DNA of 64,000 nucleotides from an uncultured bacterium (GTDB lineage Bacteria; Chlamydiota; Chlamydiia; Chlamydiales; SM23-39): NCBI GenBank assembly GCA_964424735.1, contig CAYRJU010000004.1, positions 16,038 to 80,037 of the forward strand, read 5' to 3'. Shown piece by piece: positions 56,719 to 64,000 of this stretch (position 1 is its first letter; each line of letters starts with the position of its first letter). The notes under the pieces were generated by a model. It saw only the letters and a program-made list of their open reading frames with translations, ran no database searches and was not told where the DNA came from. The position numbers and the translations under genes were made by a program.

Positions 56719-57012
56719 ATGAGAAGACAACAACACCAACAAACTTCCCAAGACTACTCTTCAACAATGGCAGGGCCTGCGGACGCTTCCTCTCCTTTTG
56801 TCAAACGCAAGAAAGTTTGCCCTTTTGTTGCGGTTAAGATGGGGAAAATCGACTATAAGGACATCGAGACGCTTAGACAGTTCATTACCGAGCGTGGAAA
56901 AATTCTTCCTCGAAGAATTACGGGTGTTTCTTACTTTTATCAAAAACTCTTAAAAAAAGCGGTCAAGCAGGCCCGTCATATGGCGCTGCTCCCCTTCGTG
57001 TCGGAGGAATAA
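56719..57012 (+). CDS. rpsR: 30S ribosomal protein S18
   Basis: [35 protein letters not shown]. Confidence 0.95.
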   Translation: MRRQQHQQTSQDYSSTMAGPADASSPFVKRKKVCPFVAVKMGKIDYKDIETLRQFITERGKILPRRITGVSYFYQKLLKKAVKQARHMALLPFVSEE

Positions 57013-57013
57013 G

Positions 57014-57547
57014 ATGAAACAGCAATTATTACTCCTCCAAGACGTAGAAGCTTTAGGCAAAAAAGGAGAAATCGTCTCCGCAAAACCTGGCTATGTCCGA
57101 AATTTCCTCCTTCCCAAAGGTCTTGCGATCATTGCGAGCCCAAATACGCTTCGCAAGCAAGAGCGTTTGAGATCAGAGAGGGCTAAACAGGCAGTCATCG
57201 ACCGAAAAGAATCTGAAGAGCTCTCCATTCAAGTCGAAGGGATTTCTTCTTTGGAAATCCGAGTCAAAGTCGATCCCGAAGGGCACATGTATGGTTCTGT
57301 TTCAGCTGCCGATATCGCCCACCTCTTCCAAGAAAGGGGATTGCCCATAGAGAAGAAATCGGTGCTTTTACCAAAGCCTTTGAAAGAGACGGGAGTGCAC
57401 AAAATTGCTCTCAAGTTGAAAGAAGGCGTAACTGCCAGCTGCCAGCTCAAGATCATTCCGGAAGGGGTCTCTCAAGAGGGCCTCGAAGCCGTTGTAGCTC
57501 CCCTCCCCATAGAAGGCAAAGCAACAACGGAAGAAAAATCCGAGTAA
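57014..57547 (+). CDS. rplI: 50S ribosomal protein L9
   Basis: LGKKGEIV.AKPGYVRNFLLP, GHMYGSVS. Confidence 0.96.
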   Translation: MKQQLLLLQDVEALGKKGEIVSAKPGYVRNFLLPKGLAIIASPNTLRKQERLRSERAKQAVIDRKESEELSIQVEGISSLEIRVKVDPEGHMYGSVSAADIAHLFQERGLPIEKKSVLLPKPLKETGVHKIALKLKEGVTASCQLKIIPEGVSQEGLEAVVAPLPIEGKATTEEKSE

Positions 57548-57574
57548 TTTTATATCGTTCTTTTGAAGATTGTT

Positions 57575-58181
57575 AAGAGAATTGATATAGATGTCGGGCG
57601 TGCTACGCTATCGCTGCGCCCCAGCACCCAGCGGCCCTAACTGGGACTTTGCAGACCGTGGGTGGAGAACATCCACCCACTATCGCGTGCTCGCCCTCGC
57701 CGTGCAAAGCACTGCTCTTGCGGGCTGCGCTGCGATTCTGCTGTGTCCCAGCGGGCAATGGCTACGATGAGCATTTCGGCTTCGCCTTCATGTCGCATCG
57801 TAGTTGCGGCCGGACTAAGGTCTCGGCCATTTAGACATATTGAACCTACTCAGCTTAAGCAGCTTTTCTGCTCTTCTTTTAGATCGCACATACAAAACCC
57901 CATCTGAAAAACAGTGTAGGAAAGAAAAAGGCCGAGACTTTGGTCCGGCCTTCATCTACGATGCGACATGAAGGCGAAGCCGAAATGCTCATCGTAGCCA
58001 TTGCCCGCTGGGACACAGCAGAATCGCAGCGCAGCCCGCAAGAGCAGTGCTTTGCACGGCGAGGGCGAGCACGCGATAGGGAGAGCGTAAGCGAACCCGA
58101 TCTGCAAAGTCCCAGTTAGGGCCTCTGGGCGCGGGGGCGCAACGGTAGTGAAGCATGCCCGACATCTATATCAATTCTCTT
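57575..58181. repeat. 607-bp GC-rich inverted repeat (arms of about 253 bp, 101-nt spacer)
   Basis: Perfect blocks: 25 bp (57575-57599 / 58157-58181), 23 bp (57633-57655 / 58101-58123), 124 bp (57680-57803 / 57956-58079). Confidence 0.95.
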
Positions 58182-58255
58182 CTCTCACTAATCTCCATCA
58201 TTGAAGGTATTCAGAGATGGTCTCTAATTGGTCTGACCTGTTAGACTGATCTGGT

Positions 58256-59245
58256 ATGCAACCCATCATCATCGTTACTGGCGCGGCCGGCATGATCGGA
58301 TCGGGCTTGGTCCGTCATCTCAATGATCTCGGCTACACAAATCTTCTTCTCGTCGATGATCTCAAAACGGGGGAAAAGTGGAAAAATCTTGTGGGGAAGA
58401 GATTTTCCAATCTGATCCCTAAGTGTGCCCTTTTCGACTGGTTAAAGGGGAGAGAATCGGAAGTTGAAGCAATTTTCCATTTAGGCGCCTGTTCCGATAC
58501 GGTTGAAAAAGATGCCGATTACTTACTCGCCAACAATTTTCACTACACCATCCGTCTTACAGAGTGGGCTTTAGAACACAGTAAGAGATTTATCTACGCT
58601 TCTTCAGCTGCCACCTATGGCGATGGCTCTTTGGGTTTTGAAGATGATGAAGCAGCGCTCGAAGAGCTCAAACCGCTCAATATGTATGGCTACTCCAAAC
58701 ATCTCGTCGATCTCTGGATGAAAAGACAAAACGTGCTGAGCGAAGTTGTCGGTCTGAAGTATTTCAACGTATTTGGCCCCAATGAGTATCACAAAGGGCG
58801 CATGGCCTCCATGGTTTTGAAGATGATGGAAAAATCGCATGACGGAAGCACGGTGCATCTTTTCAAATCGAATCATCCGAAATATCTCGATGGCGGACAG
58901 ATGCGCGATTTCATCTATGTCAAAGATGCGGTGAAAATGACTGCCTGTTTTCTCGATCCCAACTATCGAAAAGTGGGCGGCATCTACAACGTCGGCCTTG
59001 GAAAACCCACCACGTGGAATTTTTTAGCCGATGCCTTTTTCAAAGCGCTTAAGAAAAAAACAAATATCGCTTACATCGATATGCCTGCTGATTTAGTGAA
59101 GCAGTATCAGCAATTTACTTGCGCTTCTATGACAAAATTCAATAAGATCTTTTCTCAGGATAGAAAGTACATAAACACCACCCCGATCGAAGAGGCGGTG
59201 CGTGAATATGTACAAGTCTATCTCATGAGAAACGATCGATGGTAA
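58256..59245 (+). CDS. hldD: ADP-L-glycero-D-manno-heptose 6-epimerase
   Basis: IVTGAAGMIGS, HLGACSDT, YASSAATYG, YGYSK, YFNVFGPNE.HKGRMAS, RDFIYVKD. Confidence 0.93.
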   Translation: MQPIIIVTGAAGMIGSGLVRHLNDLGYTNLLLVDDLKTGEKWKNLVGKRFSNLIPKCALFDWLKGRESEVEAIFHLGACSDTVEKDADYLLANNFHYTIRLTEWALEHSKRFIYASSAATYGDGSLGFEDDEAALEELKPLNMYGYSKHLVDLWMKRQNVLSEVVGLKYFNVFGPNEYHKGRMASMVLKMMEKSHDGSTVHLFKSNHPKYLDGGQMRDFIYVKDAVKMTACFLDPNYRKVGGIYNVGLGKPTTWNFLADAFFKALKKKTNIAYIDMPADLVKQYQQFTCASMTKFNKIFSQDRKYINTTPIEEAVREYVQVYLMRNDRW

Positions 59246-60570
59246 AAAAGCTCGGTTACACATTTAGTCATTTTCGCCCTTTCAAAGTTCTCGTCTTGGG
59301 CGATTTTATGCTCGATACATACACAACCGGTCGGGTCAAGCGCATTTCTCCTGAAGCGCCCGTTCCTGTCATGGAAGTGCTCAAGCAGGAATCGCGTCCT
59401 GGCGGCGCTGGGAATGTGGTGCTCAATTTAACGACGCTTGGCGCAAATGTTTTTGCTGCGGGCCGCATTGGCAATGATCCAGAAGGCCACGAGCTCAAAA
59501 TGCGCCTCTCTCATACCGATACCAGCTGTTTACTCGTGGAGCCTGGATACAAAACTCCAGTCAAAAATCGGCTCATCGCAGATAGTCAGCAACTCATCCG
59601 CGTCGATTTTGAAACCCTTTCTCCTCTAAAGCCTGAACTCGAAGAGGCGATGATGGTAAAGTTAGAGGAGTTGATTCCCGTCGTCGATATCGTCGCTCTT
59701 TCTGATTATGGGAAAGGATTTTTATCGCCTCGCTTGATCCAATTTGCTCTTCAACGGGCAAAAAAAGCAAAAATTCCCTCCATTGTCGATCCCAAAGGGA
59801 TCGATTTTTACAAATATCGGGGAGCAACGGTGCTCAAACCCAATCTTTCGGAAGCTTACGCCGCTGCGAAGTGCTTGCCGGGTGCAACGCTGGACGAAGT
59901 AGCCAAAGAGCTCCGCTCTTTGGCCGACATCTTACTCATCACGCGCTCCGAAGCGGGAATTTCCGTCTTTGAAAAGGAAGGAGAACGTTTTGATTTTCCC
60001 GTGAGGTCAAAAGAGGTCAAAGATGTAACGGGAGCAGGCGATACGGTTCTTTCCATGATCTGCCTAGGACTTGCTAATGGACTCGATATCCAACAAGTCG
60101 CGCAGCTCGCCAATATTGCAGCGGGCCTTTCTATTGAAAGGCTCGGTTGTGTGCAGATCACGCTCTCAGAGCTTGCAGAAAGGCTTCTCGAGGTCGATTC
60201 GGACACCAAGATCTTTGACGAGAGCCACACCTATGCACTCGGACAAGTTTTGAAGGGGAAAAAATATTCTCTCCTCGTTCTGGAAAAAGGGCAGACGATG
60301 TCGAATGGGCTCTTTCGCACCCTTCGAGAGCTTTCTCAAAGAGAAGAGGAGCTCATTGTCTATGTGCGCGACACAGAGCCCGATGATGAATTCCTCCATC
60401 TGCTCTCTTCGTTAAACGAAGTCGATTACATCATTTTGCAAACGGAGAGTCTCAAACACATTTGCAGCGCCATCCATCCGCAAGAAGTGTATCTGCTCGA
60501 AAAAGATGGGCCGGTGAGAATTGATCTGGCAAAAGATCTGCTCAGTTCTCTCATGCGCCAAGTCGTTTGA
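59239..60570 (+). CDS. hldE: HldE-like heptose-7-phosphate kinase with degenerate C-terminal domain
   Basis: GDFMLD, RISPEAPVPV, GGAGNV, SDYGKG, DVTGAGD; C-terminal domain lacks the GCFD..HxGH motif. Confidence 0.85.
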   Translation: MVKKLGYTFSHFRPFKVLVLGDFMLDTYTTGRVKRISPEAPVPVMEVLKQESRPGGAGNVVLNLTTLGANVFAAGRIGNDPEGHELKMRLSHTDTSCLLVEPGYKTPVKNRLIADSQQLIRVDFETLSPLKPELEEAMMVKLEELIPVVDIVALSDYGKGFLSPRLIQFALQRAKKAKIPSIVDPKGIDFYKYRGATVLKPNLSEAYAAAKCLPGATLDEVAKELRSLADILLITRSEAGISVFEKEGERFDFPVRSKEVKDVTGAGDTVLSMICLGLANGLDIQQVAQLANIAAGLSIERLGCVQITLSELAERLLEVDSDTKIFDESHTYALGQVLKGKKYSLLVLEKGQTMSNGLFRTLRELSQREEELIVYVRDTEPDDEFLHLLSSLNEVDYIILQTESLKHICSAIHPQEVYLLEKDGPVRIDLAKDLLSSLMRQVV

Positions 60571-60814
60571 TCTGTTCTTCGGTAACACCCTGAATTTGCA
60601 GTCGTTTGGTGCGTGAAGTGTGACCGCTCATCAGAGTAATCTGTGATTTTGCAATTCCTAATTCTTTGGCCAAAAAGGCTATCAATTTCTCATTGACTCG
60701 CCCCTTTTCAGGAACTCCTTTGATTCTAAGGCGAAGAATCCCTTCTTCCCAGCCAACTATTTCATTTTTCGAAGCATTTGGAGTGACTTTAATTTGTAAG
60801 TTTACAACTGACAC
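60551..60814 (-). CDS. DUF167 (YggU) family protein
   Basis: VTPNASKN, PEKGRVN, GHTSRTK. Confidence 0.88.
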   Translation of the reverse strand: MSVVNLQIKVTPNASKNEIVGWEEGILRLRIKGVPEKGRVNEKLIAFLAKELGIAKSQITLMSGHTSRTKRLQIQGVTEEQIKRLGA

Positions 60815-60848
60815 TTGTTTCCTTTACTCTTGTTGAAAAGAGTAGCAG

Positions 60849-61433
60849 ATGTCCTTAAAAGTCTATAAGCAAAAGCGCAATCTCAAAACCTCGAAAGAGC
60901 CTGCTGGCCGTCTACGCAAGGAAAAAGGGAGAGTTTTGCACTTCGTCGTGCAAAAACATGCGGCGAGTCAGCTTCACTACGATTTTCGGTTGGAAATGGA
61001 GGGCGTTTTGAAGAGTTGGGCCATCCCCAAGGGACCTTCGATGAATCCCAAAGAAAAAAGGCTTGCCATCCAAGTGGAGGACCATCCTTACGCCTACAAG
61101 GATTTTGAGGGGATCATTCCCGAAGGGTATGGAGCGGGTGCCGTCATCATCTGGGATCAGGGAACGTATACGATCGATGAGAAAAAAAAGAGCTCGTTTC
61201 ACATCACCCTTAAGGGGAAAAAACTCAAAGGCGGTTTTGCGCTCGTCAATTTCAGAGAAAATCAGTGGCTTCTCATCAAATCGAACGACCGCTATGCCAC
61301 GACGGAAGATATTTTGAAAAAGGAGCGCTCAGTGGTTTCTAAGCGCAAACTCGAGAGTCTCAAAAAGGAGCAATCACCCCGCCGCCGAGGCAAACCTCGC
61401 CCTGATAAAAGACGATCGATTGACCGGGAGTGA
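60849..61433 (+). CDS. Stand-alone LigD 3'-phosphoesterase (PE) domain protein
   Basis: [49 protein letters not shown]. Confidence 0.88.
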   Translation: MSLKVYKQKRNLKTSKEPAGRLRKEKGRVLHFVVQKHAASQLHYDFRLEMEGVLKSWAIPKGPSMNPKEKRLAIQVEDHPYAYKDFEGIIPEGYGAGAVIIWDQGTYTIDEKKKSSFHITLKGKKLKGGFALVNFRENQWLLIKSNDRYATTEDILKKERSVVSKRKLESLKKEQSPRRRGKPRPDKRRSIDRE

Positions 61434-62391
61434 TGGCGCGTTGGGGCTCGTCGAAGAGAACCTTTCCGGAAGCTTCCAACGTACAAGGCGTGTCGACTTG
61501 GCGATAGCGCACCTTTGCGGTGCAACGTAGCGGCAAATTGGGTTCTGCATCTACCCAGGTGAGATTTTGGGCAGTGAGCTCTTTTCGAAAAAGGGCGGGA
61601 TGATCGGCTCCCCGTTCGACAAAAACCGTATTGGTGGCCAAATCCTTATCTACGACATACCAAGCATCTCCTTCGCCTCCAAGCCCCATGCCCTTGCGCT
61701 GTCCCAAAGTATAAAAGGCGGCGCCATCGTGTTCCCCAACCACTTGGCCCTTTAGCGTCTTGAAGGGGCCCGGTTTTGTTCCCAGGAACTGGGAAAGAAA
61801 CGGTTTAAAATCGCGTTTGCCGATGAAGCAAATGCCGGTGCTGTCTTTTTTTTCAGCCGTTGCGAGTTGGTATTCTTTGGCAATGGCCCGAACCTCTTTT
61901 TTGAGGAGATGTCCGATCGGGAAAAGGACTTTTTGAAACGCCTCTCGGTTCACCGCGTGTAAAAAATAACTTTGATCTTTGTCTGGATCTCGGCCCCTGA
62001 GAAGCCTTCCTTCTGGATCGAGCTGACAGTAGTGGCCCGTTGCGAGGAAATCGGCCCCCAGCTCAAGCGCTTTTTGCAAAAAGACTTTGAATTTGATCTC
62101 TCGGTTACACAAAACATCTGGATTTGGGGTGAGTCCTGCTCGGTAATCTTCCAAAAACTGGGCGAAGACCGATTCTCGATACTCCTGCACGAAATTGACG
62201 CTATAGTAGGGGATCTGCAAGGTTTTACAGACGCGGATTACATCTTCGAAATCTTGCACAGCGGAGCAAGGTCCCTCCTCTTCCCAATTCTTCATGAAGA
62301 GTCCAATGACCTTGTACCCTAAATTTTTTAATAAAAGAGCCGAAACCGACGAATCGACTCCTCCAGACATCCCCACAACCACGGTTTTCAT
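61360..62391 (-). CDS. mnmA: tRNA 2-thiouridine(34) synthase
   Basis: [48 protein letters not shown]. Confidence 0.97.
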   Translation of the reverse strand: MKTVVVGMSGGVDSSVSALLLKNLGYKVIGLFMKNWEEEGPCSAVQDFEDVIRVCKTLQIPYYSVNFVQEYRESVFAQFLEDYRAGLTPNPDVLCNREIKFKVFLQKALELGADFLATGHYCQLDPEGRLLRGRDPDKDQSYFLHAVNREAFQKVLFPIGHLLKKEVRAIAKEYQLATAEKKDSTGICFIGKRDFKPFLSQFLGTKPGPFKTLKGQVVGEHDGAAFYTLGQRKGMGLGGEGDAWYVVDKDLATNTVFVERGADHPALFRKELTAQNLTWVDAEPNLPLRCTAKVRYRQVDTPCTLEASGKVLFDEPQRAITPGQSIVFYQGEVCLGGGVIAPF

Positions 62392-62444
62392 AGGGAACAG
62401 AATACCCGAAAACTCCGATTAACCCAATCCTCAAGTAGGCAATA

Positions 62445-63065
62445 TTATTTTTTAGGTTTGTAGGCAGCCATCATGACACTTTCAAGGGCCGCTGCAGCTT
62501 TAGATTGTTTTCCGCGTACAGCCAGCTCTAGATAGTGGATGGCTTGTTCACGGGACGCCGCGACTCCAAGCCCTTGGGCATAGCAAACGCCCAAATTATA
62601 ATGAGCGTCGGCGTTGCTTTGATCGCTTGCCAATTTGAAGTAGCGTACCGCTTCTTCCTCCGATTTGGATGTTCCTTTTCCACTCAATAAACAGACTCCT
62701 AGATCGTATTGAGCTTCTGCGATACCTGCTTCGGCCGCAAGACGAAAGTAATGGAATGCCTGTTCATCAGAAGGGGAAAGCCAAAACCCAAAGGCGAAAT
62801 AGCAACCCAACATATAATAAGCGCGTGGGTGTCCCTGCTGAGCTGCCAATTCAAAGTATCGATAAGCTTCTTCATAAGACTGGAGAATGCCTAAACCTTG
62901 ATGCAGCAAAATACCCAAATTGTATTGAGCTTTCATGTGCCCTAGGTCAGCCGCTTCTTTCAAATAAGGAATGCTTTTTTCATAGGAGCACGGCACTCCT
63001 TCCCCCTGGAGATATCGTTTAGCTTGTTCATACAGAGATTCAATATCGATCTGGGCTTGTGTCAC
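62445..63065 (-). CDS. Sel1-like repeat protein
   Basis: About 5 repeats of AQYxLGxxxxxGxG...A..YF.LAA.QG. Confidence 0.9.
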   Translation of the reverse strand: MTQAQIDIESLYEQAKRYLQGEGVPCSYEKSIPYLKEAADLGHMKAQYNLGILLHQGLGILQSYEEAYRYFELAAQQGHPRAYYMLGCYFAFGFWLSPSDEQAFHYFRLAAEAGIAEAQYDLGVCLLSGKGTSKSEEEAVRYFKLASDQSNADAHYNLGVCYAQGLGVAASREQAIHYLELAVRGKQSKAAAALESVMMAAYKPKK

Positions 63066-63135
63066 GTATTACCTGCTGGTAAAATTGTATACTGAGTGCT
63101 CTCAATTTTTCAATCAGCAGGAAAAAAATAGAGGT

Positions 63136-64000
63136 TTAGTCCCAGCCTTCGGCGGGGGATTCGGGCAGGTGATGGGCCGATTTGCGCGAATGCAAAATGA
63201 ACGTGATGGCAAAGGCCACGATCAGAAGAAAGCCGAGCGCAAAATGGACATAGGAGAAACTGGTGATTTCAGCCTGGCGCTGTCCTTCGGCGATGTGGCT
63301 TTCTTGAACCGTACTCACAAAGAGATGGATGAGGGCCAAACCCATCGTGCCGCCCACCATGCGAAGAGTTGTGATAATCCCCGCTGCGGCTCCCGCTTTT
63401 CTTTGAGGAACCGACGCGATGGCTGAAGAATAGGAGGGAGTAAAAATGAGGGGAAGTCCTATTCCGAAAGCGATGAGGGCTGCATTCAGGCTAAAGAAGG
63501 AGGGCTCGCTCACAAAGCCAAACCAAAAACTTGAGAAGATCAAGCTCAAATAGCCAAGGGCGATGGGCAATTTGGGGGTCACTCGATCACTGAGATAGCC
63601 GCCTAGAGGAGCCACCAAGAAAACGGGAAGGCTTGCAAGAAACAGGATGGAACCCGTTAAAAAAGGGGTAAATCCCAAAATCTCTTGAAAATAGATCGTC
63701 CGAAATACAGAGATCATCAAGAAGAATTGAACGGTAAAAACATTCAAATTGATCGCGGCAAAGACGGGGTGTTTGAAAAGGGAAAGATCCAAAAAGGGAT
63801 GTTTTGTCTTTTTTTCCCGATAGAGAAGGAAGATGAGCCCAATGAGTCCAATGAGAGAAAAAAGGAGCGTTTGCATCGAGGTCCAGCCCCAGGTGGCCGC
63901 CTGCATAAAAACCAAGGTGAGCGCGCTCGTCGCGGCAGCAAAAAGCAAAAATCCTGGGACATCGATTTTCCCCTCTCTTTTTCCAGTGTTGGGCAGGAAC
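63136..64000 (-). CDS. MFS transporter, DHA2/EmrB-QacA-like (5' part outside window)
   Basis: KIDVPG, PFLDLSLFK, GGYLSDR, AGAAAGI.TTLRMVGG; open to the window edge. Confidence 0.88.
   Translation of the reverse strand, partial: FLPNTGKREGKIDVPGFLLFAAATSALTLVFMQAATWGWTSMQTLLFSLIGLIGLIFLLYREKKTKHPFLDLSLFKHPVFAAINLNVFTVQFFLMISVFRTIYFQEILGFTPFLTGSILFLASLPVFLVAPLGGYLSDRVTPKLPIALGYLSLIFSSFWFGFVSEPSFFSLNAALIAFGIGLPLIFTPSYSSAIASVPQRKAGAAAGIITTLRMVGGTMGLALIHLFVSTVQESHIAEGQRQAEITSFSYVHFALGFLLIVAFAITFILHSRKSAHHLPESPAEGWD

Noticed and set aside
57662-57907. 81-aa ORF (and 61-aa ORF 57649-57834) inside the large inverted repeat
   Set aside because: No SD, Ser/Arg/Cys-rich composition typical of GC-rich non-coding repeat, no family motif

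Overview
Core-genome segment of a Chlamydiota bacterium, probably an environmental lineage. The chlamydial assignment rests on the SWIB-domain protein, plastid-type glycerol-3-phosphate acyltransferase, long UGPase, insulinase-plsB-rng-rpmF-plsX block, uvrC-mutS-dnaG block and glgA-tRNA-Gln-prs-rplY-pth-rpsF-rpsR-rplI block. About 75 protein genes, one tRNA-Gln(TTG), an RF2 +1 frameshift and one YafQ-type TA module are present. I see no CRISPR array, rRNA, intact transposase or prophage. Features not explained by routine annotation: (1) rnpA has no canonical start after rpmH, and its only usable ATG lies 4 nt before the rpmH ATG, so it may fully overlap rpmH as in Thermus; (2) at least five 129-187 bp palindromic MITE-like elements with GA(G/A)...(C/T)TC ends and TTA target duplications, one of which interrupts pth and supplies a new SD and ATG; (3) a 607-bp inverted repeat after rplI; (4) a separate three-copy hairpin repeat family; (5) orphan candidate effectors inserted singly between housekeeping genes, including a USP-like pseudo-deubiquitinase and a small protein ending in a CaaX box. 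All gene calls come from motif recognition by eye, not database searches.
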